This document shows, piece by piece, positions 29,776 to 40,981 of a stretch of DNA of 64,000 nt. The DNA comes from an uncultured Chthonomonadaceae bacterium (GTDB lineage: Bacteria; Armatimonadota; Chthonomonadetes; Chthonomonadales; Chthonomonadaceae). Numbering within the stretch: the stretch's first letter is position 1; each line of letters begins with the position of its first letter. Both the position numbers and the translations under genes were made by a program. Where the stretch lies: the NCBI GenBank assembly GCA_963835065.1, contig CAWIEK010000060.1, positions 96,001-160,000 of the forward strand, in the 5' to 3' direction. A model generated the notes under the pieces. The model saw only the letters and a program-made list of their open reading frames with translations, did no database searches and was not told where the DNA came from.

Positions 29776-31032
29776 ATGTCCTCCAATGATATTGCCGTAT
29801 CGGTGCGCGGCCTGAATAAAGCTTATACTATTGCTCATAACGCGGAGAAACATTCGACGGCGGCGGAAGCCCTGATGCACCGCCTGAAAAACCCGTTCCA
29901 GCGCCAGGAGAAAGAAACGTTCTGGGCGCTTAAGGATGTAGAATTCGACATCAAGAAGGGTGACGTGGTGGGCATCATCGGGCGCAACGGCGCGGGCAAA
30001 TCCACGTTGCTCAAAATCCTCAGCCGCATTACGGAACCGACAACGGGAAGCGTTGCCTTGTACGGGCGCGTGGGCAGCCTGCTGGAAGTGGGTACGGGGT
30101 TCCACCCGGAACTGACAGGCCGCGAAAACATTTTCCTGAACGGCGCAATTTTGGGCATGGCGAAAAGCGAGATCGCGCGCCAGTTCGACGCCATTGTAGA
30201 TTTTTCCGGTACAGAGCAGTTTATTGATACACCGGTAAAACGTTATTCCAGTGGCATGTATGTTCGTTTGGCCTTCGCGGTTGCCGCGCACTTGAACCCT
30301 GAAATTTTAATTGTGGATGAAGTCCTGGCTGTTGGAGACGTGGAGTTCCAAAAAAAGTGTTTGGGTAAAATGAAGGATGTCGCGCACAGCGGGCGCACAG
30401 TGCTCTTTGTTAGTCACAACATGACTGCCGTACAACAACTTTGTCAGCGAGCTGTTCTCCTTCAGGAAGGCAAGATAGTATCAGATGGCTCAATATCACA
30501 AGTGGTTGATTGCTATTTGAACAATGGCAGACAAAGTAATTCTGAGGTCGTATATAGTGATCTTAGTTTAGCCCCGGGCGATTTTAGAGCAAAATTCGCC
30601 AGTATTCGTATTCTGGACCGAGATAAGGTAGCCGATCACGTTGACATTGAACATCCTTTGCTGGTTGAGATCAACTATCGTGTTCTTGTGCCTGACGTGG
30701 TTCTCAACTTGTCTATAGCTTTGTATGATAAGAATGAGGTGTATGTGTTGGCATCCGCTTCTATATCAGATGCGGAATGGTATCAAAGGCCTCATCCTGT
30801 GGGTAATTTTCAGAGTTGTTGCATTATTCCAGGATGCTTCTTAAACGAAGGTAGCTATAGTATCAGCGCTCTATTGGTGGAGAATGGAAACCATATTATA
30901 GCTTCTGCAGAACGTGCTGTTACAGTTGAAATGGTAGATTTTGGAGCAAGCCGTCAAGGGTATCATGGAACATGGAATGGAGTAGTAAGGCCCCATCTTA
31001 TGTGGCATACGAATGTCGCCGACCATTGCTAA
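29776..31032 (+). CDS. wzt: ABC polysaccharide exporter ATPase with C-terminal Wzt_C carbohydrate-binding domain
   Basis: GRNGAGKST, YSSGMYVRLAF, IVDEVLAVGD and VSH, followed by a beta-rich C-terminal domain. Confidence 0.95.
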   Translation: MSSNDIAVSVRGLNKAYTIAHNAEKHSTAAEALMHRLKNPFQRQEKETFWALKDVEFDIKKGDVVGIIGRNGAGKSTLLKILSRITEPTTGSVALYGRVGSLLEVGTGFHPELTGRENIFLNGAILGMAKSEIARQFDAIVDFSGTEQFIDTPVKRYSSGMYVRLAFAVAAHLNPEILIVDEVLAVGDVEFQKKCLGKMKDVAHSGRTVLFVSHNMTAVQQLCQRAVLLQEGKIVSDGSISQVVDCYLNNGRQSNSEVVYSDLSLAPGDFRAKFASIRILDRDKVADHVDIEHPLLVEINYRVLVPDVVLNLSIALYDKNEVYVLASASISDAEWYQRPHPVGNFQSCCIIPGCFLNEGSYSISALLVENGNHIIASAERAVTVEMVDFGASRQGYHGTWNGVVRPHLMWHTNVADHC

Positions 31033-31038
31033 AACTTT

Positions 31039-32287
31039 ATGACGAAAATGTTTCGTATTAAAAATCCCTTGGCTTACCTAAAACATGTATGCTTCTCAAT
31101 ACTTCGGCGCAGTGTGGCTAAAGTAGAACACTTTCTAGTGATGCTGAACAACTACCAACATCACGACTTAAATCAGGGGAATCTGATAATTCTTGATGAT
31201 TATTTTCCTAAATGTACTGACGGCGTTCAGAGTTGCTGAATTCAACGCCTATCTTGAAATCTTTCCGAGTACACAGGTTTACTCTACTTCATCGGTTGGA
31301 AGTATACCGTTCAAACAAGCCTTGAAAGAGTATGCAAGTTGCTATCCACAATTTAAGAAGCAAGTTGCCAAATTTCATCCTCTGCGTCAACTACATGGCT
31401 CGTTGATTTATATAGTTTTTCTTCATAACGCCTATAATTTTATAAGCGTCATTGAGCGGGATAGTATTCCCTTTATATTCGAGCTATATCCGGGTGGAAC
31501 TTTTCAGTTGGAAGACCCCGCGTCAGATGCAAAATTGCGACGTGTATGTTCTTCGCCTTTATTCCGTAAAGTTATTGTCACGCAGAAGGTCACATACGAT
31601 TATTTGCTTGCCAAGCAGTTTTGCAGTGTTACTCAAATTGAGTACGTATTCGGAGTGGCTCTGCTTTCAGAACAGTTAAATAGTCAGAGAGTGGTTAAAA
31701 AACGCTATCCACAAGATAAGGCCACCTTTGATATTTGCTTCGTCGCCAATAAGTATACGGAGCGTGGAACCGATAAAGGCTACGATATCTTTGTTGAAGC
31801 AGCTAAAAAACTCTGTTTCTTAAGCGGTGCTACCTGCTTCCATGTTGTCGGCACATTTTCTGAGGCGGACATAGACATAAGTGATCTGAAAGGCAGAATT
31901 AAATTTTACGGCAGTCAGAATACCGACTTCTTCCCAGAATTTTATTCGCGCATGGATATTATTCTTTCTCCGAATCTACCCTTTGTTCTTGCTCAAGGAG
32001 CTTTTGATGGCTTCCCGACTGGAGCCTGCGTAGAAGCGGGTTTGTGTGGTGTTGCTGTCTTCTGCACAGATGTTTTGAACCTGAATACAACATTTGTACC
32101 GGACAGGGATATAAAATTTGTCAGTCACAATGCTATATCTATATTTGAAGATATACGATTTTATTTGCACAATGTAGAGTTGTTATATAATTTATCGGAA
32201 GCAGGACGCATTAAATTCGCAGAACTATTTAACGCAGATGCACAGCTCAAACCACGAGTGCGTATTTTGCAACAGTACCTGAGTTGA
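31039..32287 (+). CDS. Glycosyltransferase (GT-B); frameshift at ~31210
   Basis: LIILDDYFP in one frame joins AFRVAEFNAY...DKGYDIF...FDGFPTG in the next. Confidence 0.8.
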
Positions 32288-32339
32288 TAGGCATTCATCC
32301 GAAATTTGTTATTTAACAACATTTTAGAGGTAGACTATT

Positions 32340-33254
32340 ATGCGACTGAATTCTATCAATGCACAAGATGCCTTACAATTGTTAAAACCTCAAATCGGTA
32401 ATTATAATTGGATGTGGAATATTTTACGATTGTACGCGCGTAAACAAAATAATTTTCCGTGTAAATTTTACGAGCGCTTAAAGCGATTGGGCAATCCTAA
32501 CAAACCTTACTTTATAGGGGAGACCGGAAGTGGAATTCGCTTTCTAGGAGATTACCGTGATTTTCCTTCTGTGTCTCATGCTATATGGCCTGACTGGAAC
32601 AATAACCTGTCACGTTTCATGCAAGAACACATCAACCCTGACAAGGGGGTTTATTTAGATTTAGGAACTAACCTTGGCGTCGTTGCAGCAACAATGGCTC
32701 GATACCTTGAGGGTAAGCAGCAAGTGGTTTCGTTCGAACCAGTTCTTGAAACTGCTCTACGCGCAGCTTCTACCTTCGCGCTGAACAAACTGACTAACAT
32801 CAGTTTATATCAAATAGCAATCGGAGATAAGCAGGAAGAGATCACATTCTTTGCTGCTCCCGGCAACTCCGCTATTGCAACAGCCAACCAACACAATCAT
32901 ACTTTTCTCAGTAAATGGCAGGAAACAAAAGTGCCATGCTCCACCCTTGATTGGTTGGTTCAGGAAGGTAAAATTAGTTCTGTAGGATTTGTCAAAATAG
33001 ATGTTGAAGGCTATGAGCCAAAAGTAGTGCGTGGAGCACAGCAAATGCTCGCGCGGGACAAGCCATCCATCATATACGAATACACGCCTGGTGTTTCGGA
33101 GGAATTTGGCTGGACAGCAACAACGGTCGCAGATATGATTCGTGGTTCCGCTAATTACCACTTTCAGGTACTGCGTGATGACAACACGTTGAATGCATTC
33201 CCACCATTGGAGCCAGAGACATCACAGGTAAACATCTACTGTGAGGCGCGGTGA
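32340..33254 (+). CDS. FkbM-family methyltransferase
   Basis: LDLGTNLG, SFEP and VKIDVEGYE. Confidence 0.92.
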   Translation: MRLNSINAQDALQLLKPQIGNYNWMWNILRLYARKQNNFPCKFYERLKRLGNPNKPYFIGETGSGIRFLGDYRDFPSVSHAIWPDWNNNLSRFMQEHINPDKGVYLDLGTNLGVVAATMARYLEGKQQVVSFEPVLETALRAASTFALNKLTNISLYQIAIGDKQEEITFFAAPGNSAIATANQHNHTFLSKWQETKVPCSTLDWLVQEGKISSVGFVKIDVEGYEPKVVRGAQQMLARDKPSIIYEYTPGVSEEFGWTATTVADMIRGSANYHFQVLRDDNTLNAFPPLEPETSQVNIYCEAR

Positions 33255-33284
33255 CTGGAGAATAAACCTCCAATAGCGAGATTT

Positions 33285-33383
33285 ATTGGCGTGGGAGCTG
33301 TTGTTGTACGTGATATTCCTGCCGGGGTAGTTGCTTATAGCGTACCAGCAGGAATAATGAGGAAAAGTAACCTGGATGGCTAG
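33285..33383 (+). pseudogene. C-terminal remnant of a hexapeptide-repeat sugar N/O-acetyltransferase (PglD/NeuD-like)
   Basis: IGVGAVVVRDIPAGVVAYSVPAGIMRK...*, with no start codon or N-terminus. Confidence 0.7.
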
Positions 33384-34716
33384 TATCAAAGATAACATCA
33401 ATGCCTTAGCCTTCTTCGGCGGCGTACCTGCCTTTAAGGTTCCGCTTCACGTTGGACGTCCAAACATTGGAGATCGGAACGTATTACTGACGCGCATCAA
33501 TGATATGCTGGATCGCCGGTGGTTGTCCAACGATGGTCCGTTGGTTCAGGAGTTCGAGCAACGCATTGCCGAAATGATGGGTGTACAGCATTGCATCGCT
33601 ATGTGTAATGCGACAATCGCGCTGGAGATAGCGATTCGCGCAGCGGGGCTGACTGGCGAAGTTATTGTGCCGTCGTTTACTTTTGTCGCCACGGCACATG
33701 CCCTGCAATGGCAGGAAGTCACACCCGTTTTCTGCGATATTGATCCCCACACGCATGGCATTGACCCATTGTTGGTGGAGCGGATGATCACACCGCGTAC
33801 AACGGGCATTATTGGCGTTCATGTATGGGGAAACCCGTGCAATGTGGAGGCGCTGACGGATATTGCAGATCGCCATAACCTGACACTGATGTTCGATGCG
33901 GCCCATGCGTTCGGTTGCTCGTACAAAGGTCAAATGATTGGCAACTTTGGGGATGCAGAAGTATTTAGCTTCCACGCTACTAAGTTTCTCAATACCTTTG
34001 AGGGCGGCGCGGTGGTCACAAACAACGACGATCTGGCAGCCAAAATCCGCCTGATGAAAAACTTCGGGTTTGCAGGCTACGACAATGTGATTTACATCGG
34101 CACAAACGGTAAAATGTCGGAAGTGTCTGCCGCTATGGGATTAACTGGCCTGGATAGTCTCGACGAGTTTGTTGCTACCAATCGGCGCAACTATCATCGC
34201 TATCGCAAGGGTTTATGGGGACTGCCGGGCGTTCGTTTTTATACCTATGACGAGGCAGATAAGTCAAACTTCCAGTACGTTGTTCTGGAAATACAGGAAG
34301 CGCTGGCAGGAATTAGCCGCGACACTCTCGTGCGTCTTCTGCATGCGGAAAATATATTGGCGAGGCGGTATTTCTATCCCGGCTGCCACGAAATGGAACC
34401 CTACCGATCTTACTTCCCTCATGCAGGACTGCTTCTTTCTGAAACCAATCGGCTTTCACAGCAGGTGATGATTTTGCCGACAGGGACAGCCGTCAATGAG
34501 GAAGATATTGACTGTGTGTGTCATCTGATCCGTTTTGTCGTGGAAAATGCAAAGGATGTAAATTGCCTGTTGGTCTCTCATGAAAAAAGGGAACGGCGCT
34601 TTGATCAGAACCGAGAACATTATCAAATCCGTTGCTCCGACGCTAAATCCTGCTCCCAAAGTCAGCGTCAGCATGATTACTTACAATCATGGCGAGTTCA
34701 TTGCTCAGGCGATTGA
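33376..34716 (+). CDS. DegT/DnrJ/EryC1/StrS aminotransferase, DesI/VioA-like (dTDP-4-keto-6-deoxyglucose 4-aminotransferase)
   Basis: LAFFGG..F..PLHVGRPN, WLSNDGPLVQEFE, FDAAHAFG, SFHATK (PLP Lys) and GTNGKMSE. The 3' end overlaps the next gene and may be mis-framed. Confidence 0.92.
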   Translation: MASIKDNINALAFFGGVPAFKVPLHVGRPNIGDRNVLLTRINDMLDRRWLSNDGPLVQEFEQRIAEMMGVQHCIAMCNATIALEIAIRAAGLTGEVIVPSFTFVATAHALQWQEVTPVFCDIDPHTHGIDPLLVERMITPRTTGIIGVHVWGNPCNVEALTDIADRHNLTLMFDAAHAFGCSYKGQMIGNFGDAEVFSFHATKFLNTFEGGAVVTNNDDLAAKIRLMKNFGFAGYDNVIYIGTNGKMSEVSAAMGLTGLDSLDEFVATNRRNYHRYRKGLWGLPGVRFYTYDEADKSNFQYVVLEIQEALAGISRDTLVRLLHAENILARRYFYPGCHEMEPYRSYFPHAGLLLSETNRLSQQVMILPTGTAVNEEDIDCVCHLIRFVVENAKDVNCLLVSHEKRERRFDQNREHYQIRCSDAKSCSQSQRQHDYLQSWRVHCSGD

Positions 34717-35608
34717 AAGCGTTTTGATGCAGCAGACCACTTTTCCTTATGAACTGGTCATTGGTGAAGATTGTTCCACCGACAACACGCGGGAAATTGC
34801 GCGCGCTTATCAAGAACGTTATCCTGCTGTTATTCGCCTAATTATACGAGAGGCTAACGTTGGTATCAAAGCAAATGTCAGGGAAACTATTGGGGCTTGT
34901 CGAGGCGAATATATTGCCCTGTTAGATGGAGACAATTACTGGACTTCGCCGGACAAACTGCAAAAACAGGTAGATATTTTAACAGCGCATCCAGAATGGT
35001 CCTGCTGTTCTCATGATGCCATGCAATTGCATGACAACGAACAAACGCTTCAAAATTACTGTTCACCCGATACGCCCTCGTTGCTGCCGCTGGAGATGAT
35101 ACTGACTTATGACTGCTTGCCCGCTTGTTCGCTTTTATTCAGGCGCAATTATCTTAACTTGCCTGAATGGTTCGATACAATTCTTACAGGCGATTGGGCT
35201 TTAATCGTATTGAGCGCACAACATGGACCGATTTCTTATATTCCTGAAGTATTAGGAGTATACCGTTTGCACAACAGTGGCATTTGGTCTTCCCTGGACA
35301 CTATTAAGCGAACAACCTGTGTAATTCAAGCGCGTGAGTGTTTTGGTCAACATCTTGGCACACGATATACAGATATAGCAAAAAAGTTCAATTCTATAGA
35401 CTACTGTAACCTAAGTGAAGCCTACAAAAAAAATGGTGATGAATTTAATGCGAGAATTTGCTTGATTAAGGGAATTAAAGGTTTGTTATTATCTGGAATG
35501 CTGAATTTTAGCTTCAAGATGATGATTCGGCTGTGGCTCCCAGACTTATACAAGCGGCGCAGACTGTTAAAGGCAAGCCTAGCCAGGATGTTAAAGTTGT
35601 CAAAGTGA
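34580..35608 (+). CDS. Glycosyltransferase family 2
   Basis: VSVSMITYNH, GEDCSTD and YIALLDGDNYW...KLQKQ. Confidence 0.92.
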   Translation: MKKGNGALIRTENIIKSVAPTLNPAPKVSVSMITYNHGEFIAQAIESVLMQQTTFPYELVIGEDCSTDNTREIARAYQERYPAVIRLIIREANVGIKANVRETIGACRGEYIALLDGDNYWTSPDKLQKQVDILTAHPEWSCCSHDAMQLHDNEQTLQNYCSPDTPSLLPLEMILTYDCLPACSLLFRRNYLNLPEWFDTILTGDWALIVLSAQHGPISYIPEVLGVYRLHNSGIWSSLDTIKRTTCVIQARECFGQHLGTRYTDIAKKFNSIDYCNLSEAYKKNGDEFNARICLIKGIKGLLLSGMLNFSFKMMIRLWLPDLYKRRRLLKASLARMLKLSK

Positions 35609-35609
35609 G

Positions 35610-36632
35610 ATGTTTAATTTGATGTCTATAAAAATTTCAATAATAGTGTGTACGTATAATCGCTCTACAAGTCTTCATCAGACGCTTGTAGCCATTGCAA
35701 GCCTTCTGGTTCCACCTGACATTCATTGTGAACTCTTAGTGGTTGATAACGGTTCCACGGATGATACTCCTGCCGTATTGTCCTCAGCGCGAGAGGAGCT
35801 TTGCAATATGCGGCTGCTCGCCCTTTACGAGCCACAACAGGGGAAGAGCCGCGCGCTAAATCGGGCGCTCGCTGTGGCGCAGGGTGACATATTACTATTT
35901 ACGGATGACGACGTAATATTGCCCGAAAATTGGATCGCCGACATGTGCGAACCGATCCGACAGGGAATCGCGGATGCCGTTGCGGGCGGACTTAAACTTG
36001 GGCCACAGATTGCTGCCACCGGAATCGGAAGGCCGCAAAGGTCCTGGCTGGCAACAACCGAGTATTGCCAACGGCCTCACGACCCGCCCTTAATCGGCGC
36101 GAACATGGCGATTGCGCGGCGCGTATTCGCCACAGTGCCCTGGTTCGATCCCGAAGTCGGGCCGGGCGCGACGGGTCATGCCGAAGACACGCTGTTCTGG
36201 CTTCAGGCGCGCGCCGCAGGATTTCGCATTGTTGCCCGGTATGACGTGGTGGCCGAACACAACCCCGATCCGTCGCGTACTTCCCGGCAAGCAATGGCGC
36301 AGCTTGCAGAAAAGCGGGGCGAATTCGCAGCCTACGTGGATTACCATTGGAATTGCATTGCGCGCCGACATCCCTACCTTGCACTTGGTCAAGCCACAGC
36401 CAGGCTCTGGATTGCGAGGCTGCAACGTCTGCCGCAGTGGGCTTTCGCGCAAACACTGCCGGAATGGGAAATGGCGCTGCTGGAGCAGTACCATACTCGT
36501 CGCCATCTGCTGATTGAACGCCGCCGACCCGCGAACTATGCCCCCAATGGGCTTATCAAGAAATCGGGCGTACTGCCGTGCCAGCAACACATCGCTTGTA
36601 CTCACGAGACACTAATTAGCGCACTGGAATAA
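35610..36632 (+). CDS. Glycosyltransferase family 2
   Basis: ISIIVCTYNR, VVDNGSTD, FTDDD, GANM and AED. Confidence 0.92.
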   Translation: MFNLMSIKISIIVCTYNRSTSLHQTLVAIASLLVPPDIHCELLVVDNGSTDDTPAVLSSAREELCNMRLLALYEPQQGKSRALNRALAVAQGDILLFTDDDVILPENWIADMCEPIRQGIADAVAGGLKLGPQIAATGIGRPQRSWLATTEYCQRPHDPPLIGANMAIARRVFATVPWFDPEVGPGATGHAEDTLFWLQARAAGFRIVARYDVVAEHNPDPSRTSRQAMAQLAEKRGEFAAYVDYHWNCIARRHPYLALGQATARLWIARLQRLPQWAFAQTLPEWEMALLEQYHTRRHLLIERRRPANYAPNGLIKKSGVLPCQQHIACTHETLISALE

Positions 36633-36639
36633 TCCCACG

Positions 36640-37347
36640 ATGAGCTTGAAGGAAATGTATGCCGGGTTTCGCCATCGGCTTCGCTTTTATCGGCATCACT
36701 TCCCCCACGAGTTGATGTGGGGGCGCGTATACTTCTCACAATACGGGCAAAACGCCTTTCTGCTGGAATACTTTCAGGGAAAGCAGGACGGTTTTTATGT
36801 TGACATGGGCGTATCACCCCATCATGTATTCCAATACCTATTCTCTGATGGTTAGGCTGGCGTGAAATCACCATTGAACCGAACCCGGAGAAACTGACGC
36901 TCTTTCAAAAATTTCGCCCGTCCGACCAGATGCTCTCGCTGGCGATTTCGATACCGAAGGAACGCCACCTTCGCCATTGAAGAAGGGCTTTCGGGCATTG
37001 TCAATGACCACTACTTTCACCAGAGCCGTCTCAAAAACATGCGGCAGATAACCGTCAAAACCAGGCCGCTCCAGGCCGTGCTTGCGGAACACATCACCCC
37101 GCAAGGAAAGTTCATTGATGTTCTTTCCGTAGATTGTGAGGGGCATGACGAAGTGGTACTCGCTTCCAAATGATTGGGAACTGTACCGTCCTTTGCTGGT
37201 TCTCTGTGAGGCTGGATGCCGCCGGAGCGCGACGCCTGGAACAATTCCTTACATTCCAGTGGTATCGCAAATCGCTGCCTGCGGACCGACTTTGATTTTT
37301 GAGGATACGCGCAGCCGTCCGATAGGCCACGTCCGTATCACGAATAG
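36640..37347 (+). pseudogene. FkbM/Methyltransf_21 methyltransferase with multiple frameshifts
   Basis: Fragments FSQYGQ..GFYVDMG, ITIEPN, IDVLSVDCEGHDE and NDWELYRP lie in different frames. Confidence 0.75.
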
Positions 37348-37364
37348 GCGCGTAAGGAACCATA

Positions 37365-38543
37365 ATGCGCGTTTATTGATCAGTCCTCTACATGGCCTTG
37401 ATCCGCCCTGCGGTGACATTACCTACACGGAAACTCTTGTGGCTCATCCACCTGAAGGTGTGGTGTACGAAACTTACGCCGATGCCCTCCGCAGAGGAAC
37501 CTTGATTGAACATGGACGGCGGGAGAGGTTATCGAAAGAAACCCTACTGACCGCTTGCAGCAAGGCCATAAACCTGCTTCGCAAATCGAAGCAATTGTTT
37601 TGGGAGCCGTTTCGTTTCTTTTCCGTTGTGCCGGGGGAGTACGATCTTATCCATCTGCATGTCTTCAACGCTCGGTTTTTCTGGCTTCCCCTGCCCGCTC
37701 ACATCATAGAGCAGTGGAGCGGCGACAAAAGATTTATACCTTAACAATCGGCAATATACGCCAGTCCGGGTCTGTCGGCTACAAATTCATAGACAGGGTC
37801 TGGGACAGGCGTTGCGGGTGCAACTGCAATTGGTCGGTACATGCACAGGCACGTCGGGTTCTTGTCTACACGGAGTATTTGCACAACTCCTCTGAAACAA
37901 GCAGCCCTGTGTGGAAGCGGATCGCGTGTCGGTCATGCCTTCTTGAGCATTGCGCCATCCTTTGAACTTACCCGTCGCGTTCCCCGGCGAATAGGTTTCG
38001 TCGCCAGGAATTTCGATGAGAAAGGCGGCCCCGTCGTTCTGGATGCTTTTAAGCAGGTACGGCAGCAATATCCCGACACGGAGTTATCGATAATAAGGTC
38101 AAAGCCGCAACTCGCTAAGGACAAAGCGGCGCGAATGGGCATTACCTGGCTGGACTGCGTACCGAAAAACAACTTTTTCCGGATGATTACGCAACTAAAT
38201 ATATATTTTTTGGCGTATCGCCACCGCCGCGCGACTGCTTTTCTTACGTGTGCTTGAAGCGATGTCCTGCGGCGTTGCGATCGCGACCAGCGACTATGTT
38301 TCCATGCCGGAAGCGGTGAATTACGGCAAGGCCGGGTTGATTTCTCCTGTCGGCGATGCCGATAAATTGGCCGAGAACATTTTGACGCTTATGAATTCCG
38401 AAACCAACTGGGCATTTCGGCAGGCCGCCCGCCAACGTTTTGAAAAAGAGTATTTCTCCTGGCATGCCGTCGCGCAGAAGATATTGGAAAAGTACCAAAG
38501 CGAGGACAGACTCCGCTACCACAAAGCCATACAAACCCGATGA
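37365..38543 (+). pseudogene. Glycosyltransferase family 4 with multiple frameshifts
   Basis: Fragments GDITYTETL, GFVARNFDEKGG and LEAMSCG..IATSDYVSMPE lie in successive frames. Confidence 0.75.
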
Positions 38544-39742
38544 AATTAGTCTATCTTCCCATCTTCGATGCCCGTGATGTCCGTAACTGGTCTGGAATTC
38601 TACTCCACTCTGGCAGGCGCTGGAAACGCAGGGAATAGAAGGAATCAGATCATTGACAATCTCCATCATGGTCCGTCTCTGCGCCGAAAGATGCGTGAGC
38701 TCTGCGGGCACTATGTAGAAAAGCGTGACATTTTGCATTTTTTGGGACATTAATACCGCTAGGGGGATACGCTGCCGATGTTGCCACGCAGGTACAGAAC
38801 CTGCAGGCAGATGTTGTTTTGAGCGCCAATCCCATTCCCCTGGCGTTTCTGAATTGTCCTCAGCCAAAGGTAATGTGGACGGATGCTTCGTTTGCCGCTT
38901 TGAGTAGCGACTATCAAGAATTCAGACCCGATCGCTATGTTCGGCGGCGGTGGCGAGTGCCACGAAAATTGATTATGCGGTCGCCCAAAACTGTGATTTG
39001 CTCCTGTTCGCGTCGGGTCGGGGCCGAGCTGGGCGATTCTGAAACCGATGCGGATCCGGGTAAAGTAGCTGTGATTCCGTATGGGGCCAATTTCGAGGTC
39101 GCCACATCGAATAGCTGACATACGTCGGATCGTTGCCGATAAGCCCCACAAGAGATGGAACTGCTCTTCGTGGGGGTGGCCTGGCAGCGTAAAGGAGTGG
39201 CGAAGGCCATCAAGGTTGTGGAGGGATTACTTGTTCGCGGCGTTGATGCCTATCTCGCCATCGCTGGCTGCTCTCCACCGACTGGCGAGAATATGCCGCC
39301 CTTCGTTGATTTGCGGGGATTTATCAGTAAAACTACCGAGGATGGACGCAAACAAATCAATGACCTGTACCGCAGCAGCCACTTTCTCATTGTGCCGACC
39401 ATTGCCGATGCCTTCGGGCTGGTGTTTGCGGAAGCCTCCGCGTTTGGCGTACCGAGTTTATCTCACTCCATCGGCGGCGTGACCACGGTTGTTCGTAATG
39501 ATGTCAACGGCTGCCTGTTCACTCTGGAACAGCCTATTTCCGATTGGGTAGATTGGGCAGCAAGCGTGTTGCAAACGCCGGGGCGTTACTGCCAACTGGC
39601 AAAATCTTCATTTCGTGAGTATGAGGATCGGCTGAACTGGAAGGTTGCAGGCAAAGCGGCAGCTGCCAGGATTAGACAGTGTGCTTCGCTCAACGACAAT
39701 GACAATACATTTGCCAGGTTGCCGGGAACAGTCGTACTATGA
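38540..39742 (+). pseudogene. Glycosyltransferase family 4 with multiple frameshifts
   Basis: MKLVYL..DARDVRNWSG, VMWTDASF, VIPYGANFE and LLFVGVAWQRKG...DAFGLVFAEASAFG. Confidence 0.8.
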
Positions 39743-40874
39743 ACATCGCCCTTTTTGCCAGTGCGTTTTATCCGCACTTCGGCGGCGTTGAGGAACTGGT
39801 TCGGCAGCTTGCCCATCAATACCGCCGCGTCGGTCATACCGTCATCATTGTCACCAATCGCTGGCCCCGCAATCTGCCCGCGTTTGAAGAACACGAAGGG
39901 TTGCCTATTTACCGGCTCGCTTTTCGCGTTCCCGAAGGCAGCCTCAAAGCGCGCGTCAATTACGCGCTCACGCATGCCGGAGTAGTGAAGGAGATGCGCG
40001 ACATTTTGCGTAGCCGACAAATACAGATGCTACATGTCCAGTGCATCAGTTCCAACGGGTATTATGCCTTGCTTGCCAAACGCGCGCTTTGCCTGCCACT
40101 CGTCGTCACCGCGCAGGGAGAATTGACTATGGACGCCGGGCAGATATACCAGCGCTCCCCATTTCAAAATCAGGTTTTGCGCGACCTGCTGCGCGAAGCC
40201 GATTTCATCACCGGCTGTTCTCGCAAAACCCTGAGCGACGTGGAAGCGCATGCGGGTATTCTGTCGGCGAACGTGGCAGAGCGATCTTCAATGGAGCGCT
40301 TCTTGACGATTTTACACAGGCCGGAGTTTACGCGCACCCCCGGCCTTACATTCTGGGCATTGGCCGCATCGTGCCGCAAAAAGGCTTTGACATTCTAATT
40401 AAGGCATACGCGCAGGCAAACATTCCCTCGCATGATCTCATCATTGCAGGGGATGGCCCGGAGCGCGCAAGCCTGGAGCAGCTTGCCACCGCCTCCGGCA
40501 AAGCGGACAGTATCCATTTTGTTGGGCGCGCTGACCGGCCACAAACGGTCGCGCTATTCAAGGGCGCTTCGTTTGTGGCCCTGCCCTCCCGCGCCGATGA
40601 AGGCTTACCCGTTGTCAGCGTCGAAGCGATGGCGGCAGGCAAAGCGATTGTCGGGACGCGCGTAGGCGGCGTTCCCGAGTCTATCGTTGACAATGAAACC
40701 GGGCTGATCGTGCCGCGTGAAGATGTGAATGCGCTCGCGCAGGCATTAACGCGAGTCGCCACCGATGTTGCGTTGCGCGAACAATTAGGCAGGGCAGGAA
40801 GTCAACGCGCCTCTTTATTTGCCTGGCCTGTCATTGCCGATCAGTACCTTTCGATTTACCGTTCACTTGGCTGA
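39739..40874 (+). CDS. Glycosyltransferase family 4; frameshift at ~40258
   Basis: FYPHFGGVE in the first frame; GRIVPQKG...EGLPVVSVEAMAAG in the second. Confidence 0.85.
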
Positions 40875-40981
40875 GATGCCGGTAATCTCCTGCCATTTCT
40901 TTCCATTCGCTGTAGCCACTCAGGAACATGAACCTCCTCATATTCTTAGGCGTGGCATAACGAAAGTACCAGAGCATTGGG

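Noticed and set aside
34580..34716. 137-bp overlap between the aminotransferase and GT2
   Set aside because: The aminotransferase tail beyond the family end is probably read-through from an indel or lost stop codon, not a functional dual-coding region.
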